48,203 bases of DNA from Glaciihabitans sp. (GTDB taxonomy: Bacteria; Actinomycetota; Actinomycetes; Actinomycetales; Microbacteriaceae). Both the position numbers and the translations under genes were made by a program. Shown here piece by piece: positions 27,301-35,971 of this stretch; position 1 is the first letter of the stretch, and every line of letters begins with the position of its first letter. Where the stretch lies: NCBI GenBank assembly GCA_017882805.1, contig JADGOT010000254.1, positions 1 to 48,203 of the forward strand, written 5' to 3'. The notes below the pieces were generated by a model. It saw only the letters and a program-made list of their open reading frames with translations, was not told where the DNA came from and made no database searches.

Positions 27301-27894
27301 CTACACCCTCGCGTCGTGGATGATCGAGATTGGGCGCGACATGGGCGGAGCATCCCTGAGGCGCTCAAGTGCCGGTCGCAGCTCACTGAGCCAAGCCTCG
27401 TAGCCCTCGGCCGTGAGGTGCAGTCGGTCGGTGGTGTACTCGGGCTTGAGCTCACCCTCGTCGGTCGCCATGGCCGCCCAGAGGTCGAGGTACTGGGCGT
27501 GCACGTTCTGTGCGTACTGCCGCAGGTGCCGGTTTGCGTCCCGAATGTCGTCCGCGAATTCGCGACCTCGCGGCAGGATCGACTGAACGAGAGTGCGACT
27601 GCCGGGGACATCCTGTCGCACCATCGCGAGGAAGTATTCAATGCTCCGAACGACGTACTCGACCGACCGGCTCTGGCCGAAGTCATTGGCTCCGATGAGG
27701 ATCGCAAGTGTCCCGGGCTGCAGGTCGATGATCGCGGGAAGCCGCTCGTTCAGTCGATCGGTGGCATCCCCGGGGGTCGCTTCGACCGTCACCCGATATT
27801 CGGGAAACCACTTCTGCCAGTCGCCAGCTGCAGTAATGCTGTCGCCAACGAAGACGATCGATTCGGGGGAACTCTGGTCGTCCAACTCAGTCAT
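27301..27894 (-). CDS. SGNH/GDSL hydrolase
   Basis: FVGDSIT, IGANDF and DRLHL blocks. I moved the start to ATG 27894, which has SD GAGGTG. Confidence 0.88.
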   Translation of the reverse strand: MTELDDQSSPESIVFVGDSITAAGDWQKWFPEYRVTVEATPGDATDRLNERLPAIIDLQPGTLAILIGANDFGQSRSVEYVVRSIEYFLAMVRQDVPGSRTLVQSILPRGREFADDIRDANRHLRQYAQNVHAQYLDLWAAMATDEGELKPEYTTDRLHLTAEGYEAWLSELRPALERLRDAPPMSRPISIIHDARV

Positions 27895-28017
27895 GAAAAA
27901 CACCTCGCACGTTCTATTGTGCGCGAGATGCTGGCTCCCCGCCACCAAACGACCACTCTGGCGCCGACTTCACAGCAGGCGAACGCCGGTTCTTGAGCTC
28001 GTCAAAGGGCCGAACAA

Positions 28018-28863
28018 TTAAATCAGCGACTTGGTATGCCAGACGGTTTTGGTCTCAGTAAACCCGACGATTCGATCAAGGGATGCGCCGAAGTCGCCGG
28101 GTGTGCGCACGCGCTTGAGCGTGTCTGCCGCAGCGATTTGCAGGTCCACCCACTCGAGCGACTCGGCTCCCGTGAGGTCGAGAGCGTTGACGTCGGCGTG
28201 ACTCGCCAACCACGGAGCAATCTCAGCAGCCGACCCGGTCAGGATGTTGATCACGCCGCCCGGAACGTCGCTCGTCGCGAGAACTTCCGCGAGGCTAATG
28301 GCGCTCAACGGCGCCGTCTCGCTCGCAATGACGACGACAGTATTGCCCGAGACGATGGCGGGCGCGACGACGCTGACCAGTCCGAGCAGGCTGTCGGGCG
28401 GCGCCACAATCGCGACGATACCCGTCGGCTCGGGAACCGAGATGTTGAAGTAAGGTCCGCTGACTGCATTCGCATTTCCGGCGACCTGCACGTATTTGTC
28501 TGCCCAGCCCGCGTACCAGACCCAGGTGTCGATGGCGGCATCTACCTGCTTGCCCGCGGCGGCGGCGGTGACACCCTCGGTGGAGGTGATTTCCAGGACA
28601 AACTGGGCGCGACGACCTTCGAGAAGCTCGGCAATTCGGTAGAGCACCTGGCCACGGTTGTAGCCGGTGGCACCGGCCCAGCCGGGCTGGGCAGCGCGCG
28701 CCGCAACAACCGCATCCCGGGCATCCTTGCGGCTCGCCTTCGCGGCATTAGCCAGGAATGAGCCGTCCCGCGCAACGACCTCGTAGGTGCGTCCGCTCTC
28801 ACTGCGGGGGAACTTTCCCCCGATGTAGAGCTTGTAGGTCTTGGGGACCGCGAGATGAGTCAT
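28018..28863 (-). CDS. Truncated aldehyde dehydrogenase-like protein (NAD-binding domain only, no catalytic domain)
   Basis: KLYIGGKF, WYAGWADK, EPTGIV, PGGVINILTG and a terminal ETKTVW are present. There is no ELGG motif and no Cys. ATGA overlap with the upstream ALDH. Confidence 0.88.
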   Translation of the reverse strand: MTHLAVPKTYKLYIGGKFPRSESGRTYEVVARDGSFLANAAKASRKDARDAVVAARAAQPGWAGATGYNRGQVLYRIAELLEGRRAQFVLEITSTEGVTAAAAGKQVDAAIDTWVWYAGWADKYVQVAGNANAVSGPYFNISVPEPTGIVAIVAPPDSLLGLVSVVAPAIVSGNTVVVIASETAPLSAISLAEVLATSDVPGGVINILTGSAAEIAPWLASHADVNALDLTGAESLEWVDLQIAAADTLKRVRTPGDFGASLDRIVGFTETKTVWHTKSLI

Positions 28864-30320
28864 AGTGCTGCTCCCTGCAGAACGGTGCTTGTCAAATACG
28901 CGGCGAGGCCGTGGCGGCCACCCTCCCGGCCGTAGCCGGACTCCTTGAAACCACCGAACGGCGATGCCGGATCGAAGCGGTTGAAAGTGTTGGCCCAGAT
29001 GACGCCGGCCTTGAGCTCGTCGGCAACCGCGAGAATCTTCGAGCCCTTATCGCTCCAGATGCCGGCAGACAGTCCGTACGGCGTGTTGTTTGCCTTCGAA
29101 ATGGCTTCGGCCGGCGTGCGGAAGGTCAGCACCGAGAGCACCGGCCCAAAGATCTCCTCACGGGCGATTCGGCTGGACGTCGAGACGTTGTCGAAGATGG
29201 TGGGCGCGAACCAGAATCCGTTCTCGGGGATTGCGCACTCCGCGGTCCAACGCTCGGCACCCTCCGCCTCACCAATGTCGGACAGCTCCCGGATGCGGTC
29301 GAGCTGCTCGCGCGAGTTGATTGCGCCAATGTCGGTGTTCTTGTCGAGCGGGTCGCCCATTCGAAGCGTCGACAGGCGCTGCTTGAGACGATCGACAACC
29401 TCGTGATGAACGTTCTCCTGCACGAGGAGTCGCGAGCCAGCACAGCAGACGTGGCCCTGGTTGAAGAAGATCCCATTGACGATGCCTTCGACGGCCTGAT
29501 CAATCGGAGCGTCGTCGAAGACGATGTTCGCGGCTTTGCCACCGAGCTCAAGCGTGAGCTTCTTACCCGTTCCGGCAACCGACTTGGCGATTGCGCGACC
29601 AACGGCGGTTGAACCAGTGAACGCGACCTTGTTCACATCCGGATGCTGCACCAGAGCCTGTCCGGTGTCACCCGCGCCCGTGAGGATGTTGACCACGCCA
29701 GCCGGAAGTTCTGCCTGCTGCAGGATTTCCGCGAAGAGAAGCGCGGACAGGGGCGTGGTCTCGGCGGGCTTCAGCACGACCGTGTTGCCCGCGGCGAGCG
29801 CCGGAGCAATCTTCCACGCCAGCATGAGCAGCGGGAAGTTCCACGGGATGACCTGGGCCGCCACGCCGAGCGCGCGTGGAGCGGCACCGAGGCCCGCGTA
29901 GTCGAGCTTGTCGGCCCAGCCGGCGTAGTAGAAGAACCAGGCCGCGACGAGCGGGATGTCGACATCCCGGCTCTCCTTGATCGGCTTGCCGTTGTCGAGG
30001 CTCTCCGCAACCGCCAGCTCCCTGGCACGCTCCTGCACGAGGCGAGCGATGCGGAACAGGTACTTGCCGCGGTCGGCGCCCGAGAGCTTCGACCAGGTCT
30101 TGTCGTACGCGCGACGCGCAGCGGCAACCGCGGTGTCGACGTCGGCGGCGTTCGCGTTCGCGATCGTGGCGATGTGCTTCTCGGTGGCGGGAGAGATCGT
30201 TGCAAAGGGTGTTCCGTGACCGGCCACGAACTCGCCGTCGATGAACAGCCCGTAGCTGTCTTTGAGGTTCAGAATCGCCGTCGACTCGGGCGCTGGTGCG
30301 TATTCGAGAAAAGAGGTCAT
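28860..30320 (-). CDS. Aldehyde dehydrogenase (probable acetaldehyde sink for DeoC)
   Basis: IPWNFP, KPAETTP, FTGSTAVG, LELGGK, NQGHVCCAG, EEIFGP and PFGGFKESG motifs. Confidence 0.93.
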   Translation of the reverse strand: MTSFLEYAPAPESTAILNLKDSYGLFIDGEFVAGHGTPFATISPATEKHIATIANANAADVDTAVAAARRAYDKTWSKLSGADRGKYLFRIARLVQERARELAVAESLDNGKPIKESRDVDIPLVAAWFFYYAGWADKLDYAGLGAAPRALGVAAQVIPWNFPLLMLAWKIAPALAAGNTVVLKPAETTPLSALLFAEILQQAELPAGVVNILTGAGDTGQALVQHPDVNKVAFTGSTAVGRAIAKSVAGTGKKLTLELGGKAANIVFDDAPIDQAVEGIVNGIFFNQGHVCCAGSRLLVQENVHHEVVDRLKQRLSTLRMGDPLDKNTDIGAINSREQLDRIRELSDIGEAEGAERWTAECAIPENGFWFAPTIFDNVSTSSRIAREEIFGPVLSVLTFRTPAEAISKANNTPYGLSAGIWSDKGSKILAVADELKAGVIWANTFNRFDPASPFGGFKESGYGREGGRHGLAAYLTSTVLQGAAL

Positions 30321-30341
30321 GTCTTAATCCACCGTTCTCTG

Positions 30342-31355
30342 TTAGTCGATAGTGACGTAGTCAGGGCCGCTGTAGTGGCCGGTCTTGATTTTTTGGCGCT
30401 GCAGCAACACGTCATTGAGCAGGCTGGAAGCACCGAAGCGAAACAGGGAGGGCGTGAGCCACTGCTCACCCGCGGTCTCCGCGACCGTCACGAGGTACTT
30501 GATCGCATCCTTGGACGTGCGAATACCGCCCGCCGGCTTGACGCCGATGTGCTCGCCAGTGAGCCGGTGCCAATCGCGCACGACCTCGAGCATGAGGAGA
30601 GTGACCGGAAGCGTCGCGGCCGGAGCCACTTTGCCCGTCGAGGTCTTGATGAAGTCGCCGCCGGCAAGGATGGCGAGCCAGGATGCCCGTCGCACGTTGT
30701 CGTAGGTGTTGAGTTCACCGGTCTCGAGGATGACCTTGAGGTGCGCGTGGGTACCGTTGTCCCGTCGGCACGCGTCCTTGACCGCGACGATGTCGTCGAA
30801 GACCTGGCCATAGCGACCGGACAAAAATGCCCCACGATCGATGACCATGTCGATCTCGTCCGCACCGGCAGCGACGGCATCCGCGGTATCGGCGAGCTTG
30901 ACGCGAAGCGACGCCCGCCCGCTCGGGAAGGCCGTTGCCACGGCGGCGACGTTGATGCCGTTCGGGCCACCGTTTGCGTGAGCCGAGCCCAGCGCGGCAA
31001 CCGCGTAGGGGACCATGTCGCCGTAGACGCACACCGCGGCAACGCGGGGCGTCGTGACGTCACTGGCGTCGGGGGTCAGGGCCTTGGCTACCAGCGATCG
31101 GACCTTGCCCGGGGTGTCCGCTCCCTCGAGCGTGGTCAGGTCAATCAGCTCGATGATGCGGTCAAGAGCCCACGCCTTGGACGAGGTTTTGATCGATCGG
31201 GTGCCGAGATCGGCCGCGCGCTGCTCGAGGCCCACCGCATCCACGCCGCTCAAACCCTCGAGGTGGAGTCGAAGTGAGCGTTCCGTGAGGTCTCCGCCAA
31301 GAACGGATAGTGCTCGCTGTGCCGGCGCGAGTGCGACCGGAGTTTGTATCGTCAT
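30342..31355 (-). CDS. deoC: Deoxyribose-phosphate aldolase (long type)
   Basis: IDLTTL, FPSG, GADEIDMVI, LKVILETGEL, FIKTSTGK, GVKPAGG and FRFGASSLL motifs. I moved the start to ATG 31355. Confidence 0.95.
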   Translation of the reverse strand: MTIQTPVALAPAQRALSVLGGDLTERSLRLHLEGLSGVDAVGLEQRAADLGTRSIKTSSKAWALDRIIELIDLTTLEGADTPGKVRSLVAKALTPDASDVTTPRVAAVCVYGDMVPYAVAALGSAHANGGPNGINVAAVATAFPSGRASLRVKLADTADAVAAGADEIDMVIDRGAFLSGRYGQVFDDIVAVKDACRRDNGTHAHLKVILETGELNTYDNVRRASWLAILAGGDFIKTSTGKVAPAATLPVTLLMLEVVRDWHRLTGEHIGVKPAGGIRTSKDAIKYLVTVAETAGEQWLTPSLFRFGASSLLNDVLLQRQKIKTGHYSGPDYVTID

Positions 31356-31386
31356 TGTTGTTGTTTCTCCACGCTCAAGAGTACGG

Positions 31387-31869
31387 CTAGTTGGATCGCG
31401 GGGCTTCCCGCAGGTAGGCGGCCCACGCCTCGCCTCGGTCGCTCTGCCAGGTGGACCAGTCGACCGGATGGCCGCGCAGCAGATCCTCGAGCTGGTCAAG
31501 GCTGCTCTGCCAGCGAGCGTAGGTAGAGGCGATCAGCTGCGGTTCGGTGTCCTGCCGAATCACCAGACAAAGGTCAGTTGAGGTGCCACGCGTGCCGCCG
31601 GGCACGGACTCGAGGGTGAAGTCGAGGCTGCCGATGTTGTCGGTGTCGATCACGAGTCGACCCGGGCGCTCGAACCTGGTCACTGTGCCGTTGGTCGGCT
31701 CTGCAGCCTGTCCGGACTGCCAGTCCAACCAGTAGCGCCCGCCGACTCGTGGATCGATTCGCGCGACGGCCAGCCAGCCCTCAACGAGGACGTCGTCAAC
31801 GAGGGCGTCCCACACGATTGCTACGGGTAGGTCGTAGCGTCGCGTAAACACCAGTTCAGTCGTCGGCAC
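31387..31869 (-). CDS. SRPBCC/AHSA1-like domain protein
   Basis: FTRRYDLP..VWDAL..WL, DPRVGGRY, PGRL and W..SLDQLEDLL motifs. Leaderless TAAACT-6nt-GTG. Confidence 0.82.
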   Translation of the reverse strand: MPTTELVFTRRYDLPVAIVWDALVDDVLVEGWLAVARIDPRVGGRYWLDWQSGQAAEPTNGTVTRFERPGRLVIDTDNIGSLDFTLESVPGGTRGTSTDLCLVIRQDTEPQLIASTYARWQSSLDQLEDLLRGHPVDWSTWQSDRGEAWAAYLREAPRSN

Positions 31870-31938
31870 CGGCCAAGTTTAGAACCGTGACGCCGCCACT
31901 GACCGGACCCTGCTGCCGAATTCGCTACGCTCGTTCCC

Positions 31939-31962
31939 ATGACTCTGGCGGCCTCGAAATGA
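31939..31962 (+). other. Putative leaderless 7-codon mini-ORF (MTLAASK) coupled to the ROK gene
   Basis: TACGCT(31926-31931)-7nt-ATG ACT CTG GCG GCC TCG AAA TGA. The TGA overlaps the ROK ATG as ATGA. Confidence 0.6.
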
Positions 31963-32885
31963 CCCTGGCGCTCGCGCTCGACTTTGGCGGCACCAAAGTT
32001 GAGGGCGCTCTTGTGGATGAGACAGGCGTGGTGCATCCGGCCACCCGCTTTCGCCAGCCCACCGGATCCGGCTCGACCTCGTCCGAACTGGCGGCCGCGG
32101 TCGACTCTGTACTGACCTCGGTGCTCGCGACCGTGCCCACTGGCGAGAGCCTGATTGGGGCAGGCATCGGATCTGCCGGCCCCGTCGATATCGCTCACGG
32201 TCTGGTGAGCCCGCTCAACGTCCCCGCCTGGCGTGGCTATCCTCTTCTCGAGCAGGTGCAATTGCGCGTGGGCAGCATCCCGACCCGACTGCGCATGGAC
32301 GGCCTCTGCATTACGCTCGCCGAGCACTGGGTTGGGGCCGCGCAGGGTTATCGCAACGTAATGGGCATGATTGTCTCAACCGGGGTTGGCGGCGGTCTCA
32401 TCCTGGACGGGGTGACCGTCCCCGGTCCTACGGGTAACGCCGGACACATTGGTCACGTCGAGGTTGGCGGCTTCTCCGAGCGCTGCAAGTGCGGTGGCAT
32501 CGGCTGTCTCGAGGCCGTGGCGTCCGGACCGAACAGTGTCGAGTGGGCGCGGTCACAGGGCTGGGATGGTGCAACGGGCGAGGAGCTCGCCGCCGCCTAT
32601 GCTGCGGGCAACGAGGTCGCGATCGCGGCAGTCAGACGTGCAGGACGGGCGGTCGGCCAGGCCATTGCTTCGGCAACCGCGCTGGACGATCTCGAGATCG
32701 TCGCGATTGGCGGTGGATTCTCACACGTCACGCCCGACCTGTTCGATTTCATTCGTGCCGCAATCGCGGAGCGCACCGCTTTCGCGTTCGTGACGAAGGT
32801 CAAGGTAGTGCCGTCCGGGCTGTCGGGCGACGGTCCGCTGATCGGAGCTGCAGCGCTTGTGCACCGACCGGAGCTCGTTCCCTAG
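31959..32885 (+). CDS. ROK-family sugar kinase
   Basis: LDFGGTK, GIGSAGP, VSTGVGGG, GHIGH, CKCGGIGCLEAVASG and IGGG motifs. There is no HTH domain. Confidence 0.9.
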   Translation: MTLALALDFGGTKVEGALVDETGVVHPATRFRQPTGSGSTSSELAAAVDSVLTSVLATVPTGESLIGAGIGSAGPVDIAHGLVSPLNVPAWRGYPLLEQVQLRVGSIPTRLRMDGLCITLAEHWVGAAQGYRNVMGMIVSTGVGGGLILDGVTVPGPTGNAGHIGHVEVGGFSERCKCGGIGCLEAVASGPNSVEWARSQGWDGATGEELAAAYAAGNEVAIAAVRRAGRAVGQAIASATALDDLEIVAIGGGFSHVTPDLFDFIRAAIAERTAFAFVTKVKVVPSGLSGDGPLIGAAALVHRPELVP

Positions 32886-32922
32886 AGCAGCGGACCAGAG
32901 CCGTCGACCAGAGCCGACGACT
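32884..32922. repeat. 13-bp imperfect tandem repeat x3 bridging two convergent stop codons
   Basis: agagcagcggacc agagccgtcgacc agagccgacgact. Confidence 0.75.
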
Positions 32923-34195
32923 ATGGCCGAACGCGTCGTGCAAGATCATCCTCGAGGTAACGGTGATGGCGCAGGATGATCGCCGCAGGGATCGCCGCGA
33001 GCGACACGGCGGCGAGCATCAGCAGCGAGAGCGTCCAGCCGCCGGAGACCTGGTGCAGAATTCCGAACGCGAGGGGACTCGCGGCAGCAATGATGTAGCC
33101 GACGCCCTGCACGAACCCGCTCAGCGCGACTGAGCCGGTATGCGTGCGGGTGCGCTGGTTGATAAGGAGCAGCGACAGCGGAAACAGGAATCCGCCAATC
33201 CCCGCAAGGATGACCCACAGTGCCGTCGCGATCGAGGGAACCAGCAGGATTCCGACGTCGCCCGCGAGCAGGAGGGCCGCGGCGACGTAGATCAGGATGC
33301 CCACGTTTTTCAGGCGGGCCGCAATCGCCGGGACGAAGAGGGCGCCGGGAAAGCCCGTGATCGCGTAGAGCGCGAGCAGGGATCCGGCCTCGGCAGGGGT
33401 GACGTGAGCCGTCTGGACGAGCAGAATCGGGAACCACGCGAAACCGGCGTAGACGTTGAACGCGGAGACGCAGAAGATGATCATGACGGCCCAGGCCACC
33501 GGCGACCGGAACAGCGTTGCCTCGAGCGCGGGCTCCGCCTCGACGGTGTCTTCCTCGTCCGAGTCCCTGGCCAGCTGCAGCGCGCGCGAACGCGATCGCG
33601 AGGCGACAAGCCACGGAACGATCGCCGTCAGGGCAAGTACGAACCACACGGCGAGCGAGGCGCGCCACCCGAAGTTGGTTGCGACCGGAACGGCCGCGAG
33701 CGCGGGAAGTGCAGTGCTAAAGGCGATCAGGACCGCGTAGACGGTCGTGACCTGCGTGAGCCGGTCCGGGAAGTATCGCTTGACCAGTGGCGGCAGCAGC
33801 ACGTTGCCGATCCCCGCACCGAGCAGTGCGAGAGCGGTCGATATCACCAGCACCGCTGACCCGGGCGCGAGCGCCCGCGCCAGCTGCCCGACCGCCATCA
33901 GCCCCACGGCCACCAGAAGCAGCCACTCCAGCCCCAGTCTCCGCGAGAGTCGCGGCGTGACCAGACCGGCCAGCGCGAACATCAGCGGCGGGGCCGCGCC
34001 CACGATGCCGATGACGACCGGACTCAGCGGAACGTCGCGCTCGACCAGGTTCAGGATGGGCGACAGCGCGGCCACAATCGTGCGCAGGTTGAGCGCGACG
34101 AGTGCGACCCCGAGAAGTGCGGCGGTTCGACCGGCCCAGAGTGGAAGCCGCCGATCGGCAGGCACTGGATCGGCAGGCACTGGATCAGATGGCAC
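32921..34195 (-). CDS. MFS transporter, CynX/NimT family
   Basis: LVALNLR, GNVLLPPLVKRYFP and LSGFVQGVGY motifs with 12 TM helices. The N-terminal DPVPA repeat comes from a 15-bp duplication at 34153-34197. Confidence 0.88.
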   Translation of the reverse strand: MPSDPVPADPVPADRRLPLWAGRTAALLGVALVALNLRTIVAALSPILNLVERDVPLSPVVIGIVGAAPPLMFALAGLVTPRLSRRLGLEWLLLVAVGLMAVGQLARALAPGSAVLVISTALALLGAGIGNVLLPPLVKRYFPDRLTQVTTVYAVLIAFSTALPALAAVPVATNFGWRASLAVWFVLALTAIVPWLVASRSRSRALQLARDSDEEDTVEAEPALEATLFRSPVAWAVMIIFCVSAFNVYAGFAWFPILLVQTAHVTPAEAGSLLALYAITGFPGALFVPAIAARLKNVGILIYVAAALLLAGDVGILLVPSIATALWVILAGIGGFLFPLSLLLINQRTRTHTGSVALSGFVQGVGYIIAAASPLAFGILHQVSGGWTLSLLMLAAVSLAAIPAAIILRHHRYLEDDLARRVRP

Positions 34196-35135
34196 TGGGC
34201 AAGCTCAGGCGGGTGCGCACCTGCTGCTCGTCGAGGTGCATCTGCGAGCTCAGCGCCGCCGCGGACTCGAATTTGACCATGGGCCGGACGAAGTCGACGA
34301 ATTCGAGTTCTATGCTCTGCCCGTAGAGATCGAGCTTCACATCGAGCAGGTGGGCCTCGACCTGTTTCTGCGGAACCCCTTCGAACGTGGGATTGTTGCC
34401 GATCGACACCGCCGCGCCGAATCTGCCCGCGGGGACCGTAGCCCACGCCGCGTAGACCCCGTCACGAGGAATGAAGCCTTCGAGCTCCGGGGAGAGGTTC
34501 GCGGTTGGATAGCCAAGCTCACGCCCGCGCTGCTCCCCGTGCACGACCGTCGACCGCACGCTGTGCATCCGGCCGAGCTGGGCGGCCGCCGTCGCGACGT
34601 CGCCGTCGGCGAGCAGTTCTCGAATCCAGGTTGACGATGCTCGCCGGGAATCGGTGCCCGCCGCCGCGACCTCGGGGATATGACGCACCTCGAAGCCGTG
34701 GTCCCGTCCGAGCCGATCGAGGAGTTTGACGTTGCCGCTCCCCCGGACACCGAATCGAAAGTCCGCACCGACAAAAACGACGCGGGCCTTCAAAGCATCC
34801 ACGAGTACCGTCTGCACAAACTCTTCGGGAAGCTGGGAGCTGAACGCGCGGTCGAACTCGAGCATGAGGGTGGCGTCCACGCCCGCCGACTCGAGCAGCT
34901 CGACCTTCTTCGCGTTGCTCACGAGCGACTCTGGGCACTTGTCTGGAGCGAGCAGGCTGAGCGGATTGCGATCGAAGGTCACGACCGTGGCCAGCAGGTC
35001 GCGCTGGGCGGCGACCGCCTTCAGCTCGGCGATGACGGCGCGATGGCCCGGATGAACACCGTCGAACTTTCCAATGGTGACCGCACTCGGCCCAAAACCG
35101 CTCGGCACGGCGCGCAAGCCCTCGAAAACCTGCAC
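34185..35135 (-). CDS. ribF: Bifunctional riboflavin kinase/FAD synthetase
   Basis: VTIGKFDGVHPGH, VGADFRFG, SSTWIR, GRELGYPTAN, GVYA, SIGNNPTF and VEAHLLD motifs. I moved the start to GTG 35135. Confidence 0.95.
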   Translation of the reverse strand: MQVFEGLRAVPSGFGPSAVTIGKFDGVHPGHRAVIAELKAVAAQRDLLATVVTFDRNPLSLLAPDKCPESLVSNAKKVELLESAGVDATLMLEFDRAFSSQLPEEFVQTVLVDALKARVVFVGADFRFGVRGSGNVKLLDRLGRDHGFEVRHIPEVAAAGTDSRRASSTWIRELLADGDVATAAAQLGRMHSVRSTVVHGEQRGRELGYPTANLSPELEGFIPRDGVYAAWATVPAGRFGAAVSIGNNPTFEGVPQKQVEAHLLDVKLDLYGQSIELEFVDFVRPMVKFESAAALSSQMHLDEQQVRTRLSLPSAI

Positions 35136-35136
35136 G

Positions 35137-35592
35137 TCAGACTCCGGCCACCAGGGCTCGGCGGCTGCGCAGCCACAGCATCCCGAGCACGGGAAGTGCG
35201 AGCGGGATGAACAGGTAGCCGATTCCGTAGTACGACCACACCGTGCCAAACGACACCTTTGCGCTGCCGGCGAAGATCGACGGGTCGAGGAGGCTGAGCG
35301 TGCCGACCACGAGCACGCCGAATAGTTCGAAACTGATGGTGACCCACGCCACCCGGTACCAGCGGCGACCGGGCAGCAGCAAAGCCAGCGTCGCGACGAT
35401 GTAGACCACACCGGAGATTGCGGAGAGCGTGATCGGCACTCGAGCCGACGAATAGACGGTCAGGATCTGGTAGATCGCGCGCGACGTCGCGCCGATCGCG
35501 AGGATCGCGTAGACGATGATAAGCACTCGCCCGATCCCGAGCGAACGGCGAACGGTGGGCTGCGCGGGAGACGCGGAAGGAGTGCGGGACAT
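35137..35592 (-). CDS. Hypothetical four-TM protein of the truB-ribF locus
   Basis: GRVLIIVY, FELFGVLVVG and WSYYGIGYLFIPLALP segments. Confidence 0.8.
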   Translation of the reverse strand: MSRTPSASPAQPTVRRSLGIGRVLIIVYAILAIGATSRAIYQILTVYSSARVPITLSAISGVVYIVATLALLLPGRRWYRVAWVTISFELFGVLVVGTLSLLDPSIFAGSAKVSFGTVWSYYGIGYLFIPLALPVLGMLWLRSRRALVAGV

Positions 35593-35602
35593 CGATCCAA
35601 CC

Positions 35603-35971
35603 CTATTGCGTCTGGACTGTCCAAATGATGTTCATGCGCACGACCATGACAGCGATCGCGAAGCATGCGAGCCCGAGAACGACTGTGCTCCAGCGATCGC
35701 GATCCACCAGCGCCCAGAAACCCGCCAGCAGCGGGAGAAGCAGGGCGACAATGAGGTAAATGTAGAACTCGATGATGCTGCCGGTCGGTGAATTGCCCAC
35801 CAGCGGCGCGACGATCGCGATGCCGAGTTGGCCGAGCAGCAGCAGCTCAACAAGCGCGGTCGCCCCCATCGACAGGTCGCCCGGTTTAGTTCGGAACAAT
35901 CCGAGCACCACGCACAGCACACCCGCGGCGGCCGCGATTGCGACCTCGAGCACCGTGTACCAGTAAATCAA
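35603..35971 (-). CDS. Hypothetical four-TM protein coupled to truB
   Basis: The hydrophobic C-terminal part of ORF 35603..36409. A TTG start overlaps the truB stop (TTGA), and the protein ends VVRMNIIW. Confidence 0.75.
   Translation of the reverse strand: MIYWYTVLEVAIAAAAGVLCVVLGLFRTKPGDLSMGATALVELLLLGQLGIAIVAPLVGNSPTGSIIEFYIYLIVALLLPLLAGFWALVDRDRWSTVVLGLACFAIAVMVVRMNIIWTVQTQ

Noticed and set aside
28018-28863. ALDH pseudogene fragment
   Set aside because: The ORF is intact, the catalytic domain is cleanly absent with the terminal strand retained, and it is translationally coupled. This fits a functional subunit better.
29643-31277. 544-aa plus-strand ORF
   Set aside because: It is an antisense shadow of deoC and the ALDH gene, expected from high-GC codon bias, and has no recognisable motifs.
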